A stretch of 64,000 nt of DNA from Chloroflexota bacterium (GTDB lineage Bacteria; Chloroflexota; Chloroflexia; QHBQ01), in assembly GCA_043754535.1 (NCBI GenBank), contig JAYUUN010000128.1, positions 109,100 to 173,099 of the forward strand. The letters run 5' to 3'. Below the pieces are notes generated by a model. It was given only the letters and a program-made list of their open reading frames with translations, did not search any database and had not been told where the DNA came from. Shown here piece by piece: positions 10,566 through 20,903 of the stretch (the stretch's first letter is position 1; each line of letters opens with the position of its first letter). Both the position numbers and the translations under genes were made by a program.

Positions 10566-11357
10566 ATGATGCCTGACTATCAGACGATCACCCTCAAGCG
10601 GCGGCCTGGGGTCGCCACCCTGACCCTCAATCGGCCCGCCAAGCTAAACGCCCTCAACCAGCAGATGGTGCAGGAGATCGGCGTGGTCTGCGATGAACTG
10701 CGTGGGGACAAGACCACGCTGGTGCTGGTGATCACTGGGGCTGAGGCAAAGGCGTTCGCGGCGGGGGCGGACATCGGCGAGTTCAGCGTGATCAATAGCG
10801 CGGCAGCGGGTGAGGCTTTCGCCTTGCGGGGTCAGGCAGTCTTCAGCAAGCTGGCTGCCCTTGACCAGATAGTAATCGCCGCGATCAACGGCTACGCCCT
10901 CGGTGGCGGCTGCGAACTGGCACTCGCCTGTGACCTCCGCATCGCAGCAGAAAGCGCAACCCTCGGTCAGCCCGAAATCAGCCTCGGCCTGGTCCCTGGC
11001 TACGGCGGCACCCAGCGGCTAACCCGCCTAGTTGGGCGCGGGCAGGCCAAGCGGTTGATGCTGACCGGCGACCGCCTGACTGCCCAGCAAGCCTACGACC
11101 TTGGCCTGGTAGAACAAGTCGTCCCGGCTGCTGAGCTAATGGCAACCGTCGACGCGCTAGCTGATCGCCTGGCCGGGCAGCCACCGATTGCCCTCGCTCA
11201 GATCAAGCACGCGGTAGACGAGGGGGCGGATTTGCCGCTGGTGGACGCACTGGCGGTCGAGGCCACTGCTTTCGGGCGGGCCGCCAACAGCGAAGATCGG
11301 CTGGAGGGTACGGCTGCTTTCCTGGCGAAGCGCAAGGCAAGCTGGCGGGGGCGGTGA
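10566..11357 (+). CDS. Enoyl-CoA hydratase (crotonase family)
   Basis: AFAAGADI, GYALGGGCELALACD, QPEISLG. Confidence 0.95.
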   Translation: MMPDYQTITLKRRPGVATLTLNRPAKLNALNQQMVQEIGVVCDELRGDKTTLVLVITGAEAKAFAAGADIGEFSVINSAAAGEAFALRGQAVFSKLAALDQIVIAAINGYALGGGCELALACDLRIAAESATLGQPEISLGLVPGYGGTQRLTRLVGRGQAKRLMLTGDRLTAQQAYDLGLVEQVVPAAELMATVDALADRLAGQPPIALAQIKHAVDEGADLPLVDALAVEATAFGRAANSEDRLEGTAAFLAKRKASWRGR

Positions 11358-12361
11358 CGGTGGACGATCTGCAAATAAGGTCGGCCACCGCTGAGGATCG
11401 GGCGGCGGTGCTAGCCTTCTGCCACCAGACCTGGAGTTGGGGCGACTACATTGAGGAGGTGTGGGCTGACTGGCTGGCCGACCCTAGCGGCAGCTTGCGG
11501 GTCGGCGAAGTGGCTGGCGAGCCAGTAGCCCTCTGCAAGCTGACTATGCTCAACCCCCAGGAAGCCTGGCTGGAGGGGCTACGGATCAGCCCTAGCCAGC
11601 GGGGGCGCGGCTATAGCTACCCATTGATCGCCGACAGCGTGGCTCTGGCCCAGGCGCGGGGGGCGCAAGTGATCCGCATGGCGACGGGCAGTGGCAACCA
11701 GCCCGTCCACCGCACTGCCGCTAGCCTCGGCTTCCGTGCTGTCGCCTGCTTCACCCCCTACGAGGCGGAGGGGCAGCCCGCACAGAGCGACGAGGAGCCG
11801 CTAGTCAGCTTTCGCCTACTACTGCCCGCCGATGAGGAAGCGACCTGGCAGTGGATCGCTACTTCACCGCTCTACAAGGCGAACGGAGGGCTGTACGGCA
11901 GCGGGTGGAGTTGGCTGGCCCTCGACCGCGCCCGCCTGCGCGACCACCTGGCGAAGCGGCAGGTAGTTGCCCGCCTGCTAACCGAGGGCCAGAGCCGCCC
12001 ACCCTTCTTGCACACCATAGCCGAGACTGGCTGGCGCAAGAACCGCAGCGATAACTCGATTGCTACCGCTGCAATCCACAGTCTGGCGATCATCACTGGG
12101 GTAGAGGTGGAGAGCGGCATGGAGGTGGGCTATGCTGACTGCATCAGCCACGAGGGGCAAGAGACAGCCGACTACGCCCTGTTGGGTACGACCCTGCGCC
12201 GCGCCGCAGCCAGCCTCAGCCCACCGCGCCTCAGCATTATGCTGCCCGACGCGCCCGGAGTAGAGGCTGGCTTTGCCCGCGCAGGCTACCAGCGCGACGC
12301 AGCCGAGGGCAGTAGCCTGACAGTGTTTGAGCAGCGGCTGCTTGAGCCTGCCAGCAGCTAG
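11354..12361 (+). CDS. GNAT family acetyltransferase
   Basis: WLEGLRI..SQRGRG acetyl-CoA motif; GTGA coupling to the crotonase gene. Confidence 0.85.
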   Translation: MTVDDLQIRSATAEDRAAVLAFCHQTWSWGDYIEEVWADWLADPSGSLRVGEVAGEPVALCKLTMLNPQEAWLEGLRISPSQRGRGYSYPLIADSVALAQARGAQVIRMATGSGNQPVHRTAASLGFRAVACFTPYEAEGQPAQSDEEPLVSFRLLLPADEEATWQWIATSPLYKANGGLYGSGWSWLALDRARLRDHLAKRQVVARLLTEGQSRPPFLHTIAETGWRKNRSDNSIATAAIHSLAIITGVEVESGMEVGYADCISHEGQETADYALLGTTLRRAAASLSPPRLSIMLPDAPGVEAGFARAGYQRDAAEGSSLTVFEQRLLEPASS

Positions 12362-13662
12362 TGGGCGGCTGTCGGCGCGCCCGTCAGCTTCTTCACCAGT
12401 TCGTCAGCCATCAGGATACTGTAGTTTTGGCCGCGATCATGTGGGTAGACCTGGAACATATTGGCTAGCCAGACGTTCTGCAAGGGAGTATCATGCGGGG
12501 GAATATGCCCTTCGTAGCCAACGGTGACTACTGGTTGGGCGTAAGGAGCCTGCCAGTTGTAGACTTCCTCCACCCACGAGCGGTCGAAGTTGGGGTTGAG
12601 CCGCTTGAGGTAAGGGGTGTAGTCAGCCAGTATTTCCTCGCCCGACTTCTTGTAGGTTGGGTGATCCATCGGCAGGTAGTTGCCGAGGTAGAGCAGGCGG
12701 TTGCCAGCGTATTCGCTAGCTGGGATCAGGTTGGTGTGTTCAACCGCGACCAGGAAGGGATAGCCAGGATCGGTGATGCTCAACCAGTACGTCCCCTCGG
12801 TCATCAACTGCTGGTTGAGGCGCAGGATCAGGCAGTGCGCGCCGAGGGCTGTTCCCCAGCTATACTCCGCTGCCTTCGCAGGGGGCAGCCCCTGTGCGAC
12901 GCGGGCGAAGACGCGGCTGGGGAAGGTGCAGATCAGGCGGTCGAAGATGAACTGGCGGCCATCCTCCAACTTCACCTCCACCTTACCGTCGGGCGTGTTG
13001 GCGATGCTGGTTACCGTCTGGCCCAGCATGATCACCCCACCCTGCGCGGTGATCTTCTCCGCCAGGCGGTTGTAGACCTGCTGGAAGCCGCCGTGCAAGT
13101 AGCCAAGCTGAGCAGTGCGGTCGTGGATGCGCGCCCACAGCCAGGTGGCGGTGATCTGCTCGGCATACTGGCCGAACTTGCCGCGCAGTTGCGGCTCCCA
13201 CACCACCTTGTAGACCCGCTCTCCCATCAGTTGCTTCAACCATTTGGTGGCGGTATTGCGCTCCAGGGCGGGGCTGTTGCCCACCAGCTTGATGTAGAGG
13301 CCACCTGCGCCCATTCGCAGGCGGTCGAGGAAGGGCAGCGGCTTGTAGCCCAGGATCACGAAGGGGGAAGGGGCAAGACTGTAGTGCTTGCCTTGGTTGA
13401 GGGTAGAGGAAGGAGCAGTCATCCATTCCAACTTCTCCTCCAGGCCCAGTTCCTTGATCAAGGCCCAGATCGTGGTGTCGCTCTTGAAGATGTGATGGTA
13501 GAACTTCTCCAGGTAGGTGCCACTATCGCCAACCAGGAAGCCCGCCGCCAGACCACCAACTTCGCCCTCCCGCTCGATCACCGTCACCTGATCGCCCGCC
13601 TGGGCCAGCCGATAGGCGGCAGTTAGGCCAAGCGCGCCACCACCGAGTACGCCAGTGTTCAA
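12358..13662 (-). CDS. FAD-dependent oxidoreductase (protoporphyrinogen-oxidase-like fold)
   Basis: GGGALGL..AY dinucleotide motif, EVGGLAAG, LEKFYHH, YPHDRGQN. Confidence 0.85.
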   Translation of the reverse strand: MNTGVLGGGALGLTAAYRLAQAGDQVTVIEREGEVGGLAAGFLVGDSGTYLEKFYHHIFKSDTTIWALIKELGLEEKLEWMTAPSSTLNQGKHYSLAPSPFVILGYKPLPFLDRLRMGAGGLYIKLVGNSPALERNTATKWLKQLMGERVYKVVWEPQLRGKFGQYAEQITATWLWARIHDRTAQLGYLHGGFQQVYNRLAEKITAQGGVIMLGQTVTSIANTPDGKVEVKLEDGRQFIFDRLICTFPSRVFARVAQGLPPAKAAEYSWGTALGAHCLILRLNQQLMTEGTYWLSITDPGYPFLVAVEHTNLIPASEYAGNRLLYLGNYLPMDHPTYKKSGEEILADYTPYLKRLNPNFDRSWVEEVYNWQAPYAQPVVTVGYEGHIPPHDTPLQNVWLANMFQVYPHDRGQNYSILMADELVKKLTGAPTAAH

Positions 13663-13676
13663 AATCTCTCTCCTAG

Positions 13677-14108
13677 CTAATCTTTCTTAACCTTGCCGTT
13701 TTGTAGCACACTATGCTGCGCTTTATCGCTTTCGCTGTCTGCCAACATCTCGCTGACTGCGCCGAGCAGGTCGTCAATGTCGAAGGGCTTGCTTACCACC
13801 TTGACATTCTTCTCGCGCAACTGGCCTTCGATCTCCTTGACCCGCTCTGTCGCGGCGGTGCAGATGATCACTGGGACTTGGCTAAGGTCGCGGGTCATCT
13901 TCAGCTTCTGCAAGGTCTGCCAGCCGACTGCCTCACCATCAATAATGTAGTCAAGGATGATCAAGTCGGCCTTGGCCTCGCGTACGCGGTCGAGTTCGCG
14001 CACAGTGTAAGATTGCAGGATCACCTCGTAGCCTTCTTCGCTCAACAGGTCGCGAAAGAGGTCGAGTATCTCCTGCGTGTCGTTGATAACCAGGATACGC
14101 TTTGCCAT
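13677..14108 (-). CDS. Single-domain response regulator (orphan)
   Basis: ILVIND, IILD (phospho-Asp), CTA, KPFD; GGAGG RBS. Confidence 0.9.
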   Translation of the reverse strand: MAKRILVINDTQEILDLFRDLLSEEGYEVILQSYTVRELDRVREAKADLIILDYIIDGEAVGWQTLQKLKMTRDLSQVPVIICTAATERVKEIEGQLREKNVKVVSKPFDIDDLLGAVSEMLADSESDKAQHSVLQNGKVKKD

Positions 14109-14163
14109 CGTCACATCCTCCCCACGGTAATCAGCCCAGGTTGAAGCTTTGGGCAGCGCGCAC

Positions 14164-14172
14164 ATTATAACA
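14164..14172 (-). promoter_or_regulatory. Extended -10 (TGTTATAAT) for the response regulator
   Basis: Exact TGnTATAAT on the minus strand. Confidence 0.55.
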
Positions 14173-14251
14173 TACGCAGGCTGGTTTGTCGGCTTCTTGC
14201 GACAAGAAGGGGCGCATCCACCTAGCTGCGCCCGCTAGCAGCCAGGGCTGC

Positions 14252-15757
14252 TCAGTTGCCGTAAGGGTTGAGCGGCTTCTCGCCAGTGTAGATCAGCACG
14301 CTCTTTAGCTCGGTATAGAGATTGATAGCGTCTAGCGACATCTCGCGGCCATAACCCGACTGCTTGTAGCCGCCGAAGGGGATGCCGGGGAAGGCGGTAA
14401 ACGGCGAGTTGACGCTGATGTGGCCGGTGCGGATGCTGCCCGCAACGCGATGGGCGCGAGCCAGGTTGTTCGTCCAGATCGTGCCAGCCAGCCCGTAGAT
14501 GCTGTCGTTGGCAAGCTGGATTGCTTCCTTCTCGTCCTTGAAGGGGATGATCACCAGTACCGGGCCGAAGATTTCCTCTTGGGCGACGCTCATACTGTTT
14601 TTCACATCGTGCAGGGCGGTGGGCAGGTAGAAGTAGCCGTCGTCCATACCCGCCGGTCGCTGACCGCCAGCGAGTAGCTTCGCGCCCTCGGCCTGGCCTT
14701 GCTGCACGTAGCCATTGACCACATCCCACTGCTTCTGGCTGATCAGGCTGCCAACCTGGGTGGTCGGGTCCATGGGGTCGCCAACCTTGATCTTCTGCAC
14801 GCGGGCGACAAAGTATTCGAGGAACTGGTCGTGGACGCTCTCATGCACCAACAGACGGCTGCGCGCTTCGCAACTCTGGCCTGCACTGTAGTAGATGCTG
14901 AAGGCGGCAGCGTTGGCCGCAGCTTCGATGTCTGCGTCCTCAAAGACGACATTGGCCGACTTGCCGCCCAGTTCGAGGGTGACGCGCTTGATCGTACCAG
15001 CGGCAGCGGTGGCGATCAGCTTGCCGGTGCCGGTCTCGCCAGTGAAGGCGATCTTGTCCACATCGGGGTGGCTAGCGAGATAGCTACCCACCACATCGCC
15101 AGGGCCAGTGATCACATTGACCACCCCCGCTGGTACGCCCGCCGCCAGGCAGATTTCGCCGAGGATCAGGGCGGTGAGTGGGGTTGCGCTGGCGGGCTTA
15201 AGGACGATGGTGTTGCCGCAGGCGAGGGCGGGAGCCAGCTTCCAGGCGGCCATCATCAGCGGGTAGTTCCAGGGAATAATCTGGCCGCAGACCCCCACCG
15301 GCTCGCGCAGGGTGTACCCCAGGTGGCGGCCAGGGAGTGGCAGGGTGGTACCCATAATCTTGGTCGCTGCCCCCGCGAAGAACTCAAAGTCGTCAATCGC
15401 CTGGTTGATCTCGGCCTTGACGCTCTGGATCGCCTTGCCGTTGTTCAGCACTTCGAGGTGGGCGATCTCGTTGGTGCGTTCGCGCAGCAGGTCGGCGATC
15501 TTGATCATGATGCGGGCGCGCTGGTTGCCCGCCATGCGCGACCACTTATCGAAGCTGGCGCGGGCCGCTGCTACCGCCCGGTCTACATCCTCCGGGCCAG
15601 CTTTAGCGACGGTGGCGAGGTGCTGACCGCGAGCGGGATTGTAGGTGTCGAAGCTCTCACCACTGGCCGCATCCACCTGCTGGCCGTTGATGATCATCTG
15701 GTAGTGGTCGCGCTCAATGCTGCTGCGCTGTACCTCTGGGGTCACGATTGCTGTCAT
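14252..15757 (-). CDS. Aldehyde dehydrogenase
   Basis: PWNYP, FTGET, LELGGKS, AGQSC (catalytic Cys), EEIFGPV. Confidence 0.97.
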   Translation of the reverse strand: MTAIVTPEVQRSSIERDHYQMIINGQQVDAASGESFDTYNPARGQHLATVAKAGPEDVDRAVAAARASFDKWSRMAGNQRARIMIKIADLLRERTNEIAHLEVLNNGKAIQSVKAEINQAIDDFEFFAGAATKIMGTTLPLPGRHLGYTLREPVGVCGQIIPWNYPLMMAAWKLAPALACGNTIVLKPASATPLTALILGEICLAAGVPAGVVNVITGPGDVVGSYLASHPDVDKIAFTGETGTGKLIATAAAGTIKRVTLELGGKSANVVFEDADIEAAANAAAFSIYYSAGQSCEARSRLLVHESVHDQFLEYFVARVQKIKVGDPMDPTTQVGSLISQKQWDVVNGYVQQGQAEGAKLLAGGQRPAGMDDGYFYLPTALHDVKNSMSVAQEEIFGPVLVIIPFKDEKEAIQLANDSIYGLAGTIWTNNLARAHRVAGSIRTGHISVNSPFTAFPGIPFGGYKQSGYGREMSLDAINLYTELKSVLIYTGEKPLNPYGN

Positions 15758-15793
15758 TGATTCTCTCTCCTTGTTTAGTCTGACACGAGCCGA

Positions 15794-16264
15794 TTAGGAA
15801 ATAGCAGTGGGAGTTTCTTGTATTACTTCCCACAAGCCGAGAAGTCCACGGTTTAGTAGGTACTCATCTTCCGCTGCGCCTTCTGGTTCAACAAAAACTA
15901 TCCGTATAGTGGCTGACCCAACACCTGACCAGTTAAGGGTCTCAACAATAAGATTAGTCCGCTCTTTGCCATTACACATTGCCTTACTTACAGCTCCGTG
16001 ATCTGCAAGTCGCTTTATCAAGTCTGTATCTGCTCCCCGCAAGCAGAGAGTAGTAGAGTCATTTAGTCGCAGAGCGTAACGAATCGCTGCTTCTCTTATG
16101 ACGTTTGCTTCTTCTACGTGTGAAATGGGAAGCAAGCGAAAGCCGTTGATAGAGAAGTAGAGTAGCAGGGTCGCAGTTGCTATCAATCCTAGCCAAAGCA
16201 CAGGGTGAGGGGTACTCTTAGAGGAGTTGTTACCTTGCTCCTTCAGCTTATCCCTATTACTCAT
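15794..16264 (-). CDS. Hypothetical single-TM protein, visibly lower GC
   Basis: 156-aa ORF with GAGG RBS, N-terminal hydrophobic helix, two Cys. Confidence 0.65.
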   Translation of the reverse strand: MSNRDKLKEQGNNSSKSTPHPVLWLGLIATATLLLYFSINGFRLLPISHVEEANVIREAAIRYALRLNDSTTLCLRGADTDLIKRLADHGAVSKAMCNGKERTNLIVETLNWSGVGSATIRIVFVEPEGAAEDEYLLNRGLLGLWEVIQETPTAIS

Positions 16265-16277
16265 GCCTCACACCTAT

Positions 16278-16631
16278 CTAGTTGAGATGGAAAGGGTTGC
16301 CCCAATCGCCCCGCTGCTCCAGCATAGCCCGGATTTCGCGCAGTTCCTCTTGGGTAGCGCGCACTTCGCTCTGGAAGCCCTGCGCCGCCTCGCTCAAGCC
16401 ACCGATCTCCTGGGCTAGCGAGCGCAGGTTGTAGTCCATACGGTCGCAGCGGCGGGCCAGCACATCCAGTCGGGGAGCCAGCACGTTGCTCATCTCCTGC
16501 ACATCGGCAAGCAACGACTCGTTCAGCCCCTCGATCTGGGCGATCAGGTCGTGCAACTTTGGCTCTAGCGTTTCGATCACCACCAGGCGCACGGTTTCGA
16601 TGATATAGCGTTTGATCTCCTCGTCCGTCAT
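16278..16631 (-). CDS. Hypothetical coiled-coil protein
   Basis: ATG at 16631 after GAGGG; heptad-like pattern; fills the gap in the operon. Confidence 0.65.
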   Translation of the reverse strand: MTDEEIKRYIIETVRLVVIETLEPKLHDLIAQIEGLNESLLADVQEMSNVLAPRLDVLARRCDRMDYNLRSLAQEIGGLSEAAQGFQSEVRATQEELREIRAMLEQRGDWGNPFHLN

Positions 16632-16672
16632 CTTGCCCTCAAGGGTGGGCGCGACCAGGCACGCCCTGAGAC

Positions 16673-17887
16673 TCACAAGCTTTCGATCACCGTTGCGATG
16701 CCCTGACCTACGCCGATGCACATAGTAGCCAGGCCATAGCGACCGCCGCGCCGCTGCAACTCGTAGCTGAGGGTGGCTAGCAGGCGTGCGCCGCTCATGC
16801 CAAGCGGGTGGCCGAGGGCGATAGCCCCGCCGTTGACGTTCACCTTAGCCTGGTCAAGGCCCAGTTCGCGGATGCAGGCTAGCGACTGCGACGCAAACGC
16901 CTCATTCAGTTCGATCAGCTCAATGTCGTCCACCGCCAGCCCTGCCCGCTGCAAAGCCTTGCGCGCCGCGGGGATCGGGCCGAGGCCCATGCAGGCGGGG
17001 TCTACGCCCGCGACTGCTGTGGAGACGATGCGGGCCAGCGGCTGGTAGCCGAGTTCCCGCGCCCGCCCCGCACTGGTCAGCAGCAGGGCAGCCGCACCGT
17101 CGTTCACCCCACTGCTGTTGCCCGCTGTCACCGAGCCGCCCTCACGGAAGGCGGGCTTCAGCTTCGCTAGCACCTCCGCCGTCGTGTCGGCACGGGGATG
17201 CTCGTCGGTGTCTACCACTCGTGGTTGATCACCCTTCTTCTGGGCGGGGATGTTGACCGCCACGATCTCGTCCTTGAAGCGGCCAGCCGCTATCGCAGCG
17301 ACTGCCCGCCGCTGGCTCTCGGCAGCGAAAGCGTCCTGATCCTCGCGGCTAATCTTGTACTGCTCGGCCACGTTCTCTGCCGTCTCGCCCATGCTGTAGG
17401 GGTAGTACATCTCTGCCAGCCTGGGGTTGGTAAACCGCCAGCCGATGGTCGTGTCATAGATGGTCAGGTTGCCACGCGGGAATGCGCCTTCGCCCTTGGG
17501 CATCACGAACGGGGCGCGGGTCATGCTCTCTGTCCCGCCCGCAATGTAGACTGCGCCGTTGCCAGTCATGATCGCCCGCGCCGCGTCGTGTACCGCTTGC
17601 ATCCCACTGCCGCAGAGGCGATTGACGGTGTTGCCGCCGACGCTGACTGGCAGACCCGCGAGCAGCAGGCTCATACGAGCCACATCGCGGTTATCCTCGC
17701 CCGCCTGGTTTGCGCAGCCGAAGATCACGTCCTCGATGCTCTCCGGGTCAATCTTGGTGCGGCTGACCAGTTCCTTGATCACCAGTGCGCCGAGGTCGTC
17801 GGGCCGCACATCCTTGAGCGCACCAGCGTAGCGGCCAATTGGCGTGCGGACAGCGGCTACGATCACTGCATCGTTGTCGTTCATCAA
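16673..17887 (-). CDS. paaJ: Thiolase, PaaJ/PcaF-like (3-oxoadipyl-CoA thiolase)
   Basis: [41 protein letters not shown]. Confidence 0.85.
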   Translation of the reverse strand: MMNDNDAVIVAAVRTPIGRYAGALKDVRPDDLGALVIKELVSRTKIDPESIEDVIFGCANQAGEDNRDVARMSLLLAGLPVSVGGNTVNRLCGSGMQAVHDAARAIMTGNGAVYIAGGTESMTRAPFVMPKGEGAFPRGNLTIYDTTIGWRFTNPRLAEMYYPYSMGETAENVAEQYKISREDQDAFAAESQRRAVAAIAAGRFKDEIVAVNIPAQKKGDQPRVVDTDEHPRADTTAEVLAKLKPAFREGGSVTAGNSSGVNDGAAALLLTSAGRARELGYQPLARIVSTAVAGVDPACMGLGPIPAARKALQRAGLAVDDIELIELNEAFASQSLACIRELGLDQAKVNVNGGAIALGHPLGMSGARLLATLSYELQRRGGRYGLATMCIGVGQGIATVIESL

Positions 17888-17904
17888 CCTCTCCTTGAGA
17901 CTAG

Positions 17905-18774
17905 CTAGGTGTAATCATAGAACCCACGCCTGTTAGCCTTACCGCGCAGCCCTGCCGCCACCATGCGGGTAAGCAGGGCGCAGGGGCGGTAACGGTCATC
18001 GCCACTCTCAGCCTGCAAGGCCCAGAGGGTGGCGTGAACGACATCCAGCCCGATCAAGTCGGCCCATTCCAGTGGGCCTAGCGGGTAGTTCGCGCCCAAC
18101 TTCATCGCGGTGTCAATGTCTTCGGCGGTGGCAACCCCCTCTTGCAGAGCGTAAGTCGCCTCGTTTGCTAGCATCGCCACGATGCGCGGCAGCACCCCCG
18201 CCACGCAGTCACCAACCTGCGCCGTCTCCTTGCCCAAAGACTGGAAGAAGGCGACAGCCATCTGCAAGTTTGGATTAACCCCCACCTCCGTGGTCGCCCC
18301 ACCCTGTGGTCGATAGTCGGTACTCCTCACTTGCAGCGGCAGCAGCAACTCAACCAGCTTGATCCGCTCGAAGGGGCGCACGCAGGCGAAGCCAACCACC
18401 TGCGCCGAGTGCGCGTAATAACTGGCAGCCTCAGTCGCGCTGCACGTGTTGCAGAGGCTCAGGAGTGGCACGCTGGCGGGCAGGGCGGCCAGTTCGTGCA
18501 GGACACCCATCTTCTCCTCGCGCCAGCCACGCGGCCCACTATCGAACAACTCCAGCGCAAAGTCAACCCCAGCCAAGCGGTCGTCGCCAACGTCATCCAG
18601 GTAGGCGTAGGTGGGCGGGCTGATTTTCACTGGCTGGGCTTCGGGGTCGCTAGCGACCACTGGGGCGTAGACGATCAGCTCATGACCGGCGGCGCGGGCG
18701 GCAGCGATCAGGTCGGCAGCCAACGTCTCGCCTGCCAGGTCAACTGGGGGGGCAGCAACCAGGATGCGGCTCAC
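17905..18774 (-). CDS. 3-hydroxyacyl-CoA dehydrogenase, degenerate N-domain plus C-terminal dimerisation domain
   Basis: ANEA...[26 protein letters not shown]; no GxGxxG. Confidence 0.85.
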   Translation of the reverse strand: MSRILVAAPPVDLAGETLAADLIAAARAAGHELIVYAPVVASDPEAQPVKISPPTYAYLDDVGDDRLAGVDFALELFDSGPRGWREEKMGVLHELAALPASVPLLSLCNTCSATEAASYYAHSAQVVGFACVRPFERIKLVELLLPLQVRSTDYRPQGGATTEVGVNPNLQMAVAFFQSLGKETAQVGDCVAGVLPRIVAMLANEATYALQEGVATAEDIDTAMKLGANYPLGPLEWADLIGLDVVHATLWALQAESGDDRYRPCALLTRMVAAGLRGKANRRGFYDYT

Positions 18775-19640
18775 TTGTCCTCCTCGCGGTAGTCGTAGAA
18801 GCCGCGCCCAGTCTTGCGACCAACGGTGCCAGCCTCCACCATGCGCTGCTGGATTGGATGCGGGCGGTAGCGGGCCTCGCCGAAGTAGCTGGCAAAGACC
18901 GACTGGGTGACGGCGAAGTTGATGTCAATGCCGATCAAGTCCATCAGGCGGAACGGCCCCATGCGGAAGCCACCCTCTTGCTCTATGATGCGGTCAAGCG
19001 TGGCAACGTCGGCGGTTTGCTCGCCCAACAGCCTCAAGCTCTCACCATAGAAGGGGCGGGCCACGCGATTGACGATGAAGCCGGGGGTGTCCTTGACCCG
19101 AACTGGCGTTTTGCCTAGCTTACGGGCCAGGGCAACCGTTGCCTCTATCGTGGCAGCACTGGTGTACTGCCCCGCGACCACCTCCACCAGCTTGAGCAGG
19201 GGAGCAGGATTGAAGAAGTGCATACCCACCACCTGCTCTGGTCTGCTGGTAGCCGCCCCGATGGCAGTAATGGAGAGAGAGGAGGTGTTGGAGGCGAAGA
19301 TCGTTGCTGGGTCACAGAGTGCATCCAGCTTGCCAAAGAGGTCGCGCTTCAGTTCGATAGACTCTGGGGCGGCCTCGATCACGAACTGGCAAGGGGCAAG
19401 GTCGGCCAGGTCGGTGCTGGCGACGATCCGCTCCAGCGTCGCTTCGCTATCCGCAGCGGTCAGCTTGCCCTTACCCACCAGCATCCCGAATGTAGAGCGG
19501 AGGCTCTCCATCGCCCGCTGCAAGAACGCATCCTGCACGTCGTAGACGACCACGCGGTAGCCAGCCTGGGCGCAGACCTGCACGATACCACCGCCCATCG
19601 TGCCGCTACCGATCACCCCGATTGTAGTTATCTCAGCCAA
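18771..19640 (-). CDS. paaH: 3-hydroxyacyl-CoA dehydrogenase (PaaH-like)
   Basis: GSGTMGGG, SNTSSL, GMHFFNP, DTPGFIVNR..RPFYGE, GPFRLMD. Confidence 0.85.
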   Translation of the reverse strand: MAEITTIGVIGSGTMGGGIVQVCAQAGYRVVVYDVQDAFLQRAMESLRSTFGMLVGKGKLTAADSEATLERIVASTDLADLAPCQFVIEAAPESIELKRDLFGKLDALCDPATIFASNTSSLSITAIGAATSRPEQVVGMHFFNPAPLLKLVEVVAGQYTSAATIEATVALARKLGKTPVRVKDTPGFIVNRVARPFYGESLRLLGEQTADVATLDRIIEQEGGFRMGPFRLMDLIGIDINFAVTQSVFASYFGEARYRPHPIQQRMVEAGTVGRKTGRGFYDYREEDK

Positions 19641-19741
19641 TGCACACCCCTTTGTGTGACTGCCAGATCAAGCGGGTGGAGAGTGTTAGCAGGCGACAGC
19701 GCAGCCCACTGATCACTCTCCACCCGTCGCTGATTAACGAC

Positions 19742-20593
19742 TTACGCGCCGAAGCGTTCGCTGCTGGTCTCGTAGTCGGGGGTCCAGTCGGGCATCCGCA
19801 GACCAAACTCGTTGACCAGGGCCTCAACCTCGGCCTTGAACACGTCGCGCACCTCGTTGTTGTCGCGCTGCTTGATCCCATACTGGCGGTAGAGGGCGTT
19901 GCGCTTGGTGCCAGGGCGACCAAAGATGTTCATCGTGCGTGGGTACCAGCGGTCAAGGGCAGCCTGCACTTCGTCCTTCGTCTCCGGGTTGGTGGCGAGC
20001 TTGCGAACCCAGTTGTCACCATGGTGGATGTGGACGACTTCCTCTTTGGCGATCTGCACGATAGCCCGCGACCAGGGGCCGTAGCTGCTCTTTAGCACGT
20101 CGTCAAGCTGGTGGCCTGCGGCGCGATCCATGCAGAAGTTGAACATAATGAAATCAGTCCAACTATCAATCGTGTAGTAGAAGATATTGACCCGCTTATC
20201 GTCGCTGGCTCGGCTGGTGCCAAGCTCGGCGGCCTCAGCAGCAACGCGCATGGTGTAGTCTGCCTGCTTGATGATTTCGTCTACATCCACGCCTAGCCCC
20301 TCAAGCACCTTGTAGCAAGCCTTCGCGTGGCGCACTTCGTCCTTGACGATATTAGCAACGATCAGCTTCTCCTCGATGTTAGGTGCCTTCATAATCCAGG
20401 GGACGTAGCCAGCCGCGCCAGCCAATTCGCTGTCGGCCTGCTGGCGGAGCAGGTTGACGAGGTTGTTGTAGTAGTCCTCGGTCATCTCGCTGCGCGACTC
20501 AAGCTGCTGCCCAGCCTGAATCTTCGCCAGCATCCCTTCAGCATCGCTGCTGAACTCTGGCATGGTTGTCGTCGGGCGTACCTGAGTATCCAA
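19742..20593 (-). CDS. PaaA-family di-iron ferritin-like protein (aryl-CoA epoxidase alpha-like)
   Basis: AAGGAGG then TTG at 20593; DSE, DEVRH, IFYY..DSW, SSYGPWSRA, KEEVVH align with PaaA motifs. Confidence 0.85.
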   Translation of the reverse strand: MDTQVRPTTTMPEFSSDAEGMLAKIQAGQQLESRSEMTEDYYNNLVNLLRQQADSELAGAAGYVPWIMKAPNIEEKLIVANIVKDEVRHAKACYKVLEGLGVDVDEIIKQADYTMRVAAEAAELGTSRASDDKRVNIFYYTIDSWTDFIMFNFCMDRAAGHQLDDVLKSSYGPWSRAIVQIAKEEVVHIHHGDNWVRKLATNPETKDEVQAALDRWYPRTMNIFGRPGTKRNALYRQYGIKQRDNNEVRDVFKAEVEALVNEFGLRMPDWTPDYETSSERFGA

Positions 20594-20874
20594 TTGCTTG
20601 CCTCCTTCTGGGCTAATTACAGAAACTGGGTTATGTTGACGGCCACCCCGTTGTGGCTGTTGCTCTACGACGGGGGATTGCAAAGTGGTTGCTAGCATTA
20701 TAACTAAAATCGCGGATGGTTGCAAAGGCGTATACCTGACCCAGGATAGGTAAGCAGGGGGCTGAACCGCTCATCCGCCTTCGCCCATCCCCCGGCTGCT
20801 TGCTGCGACCCTGATCCCCTGGGGCCAGCCAGCAAGCGCAAACTAGTGCTAACCAGATGTTAATCAGCCAAATC

Positions 20875-20903
20875 TTGTGCTTGTCTGTTCAGCCTGGTAC
20901 AAT
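20875..20903 (+). promoter_or_regulatory. Promoter TTGTGC-N17-TACAAT (TG-extended)
   Basis: Read directly upstream of 20959. Confidence 0.5.
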
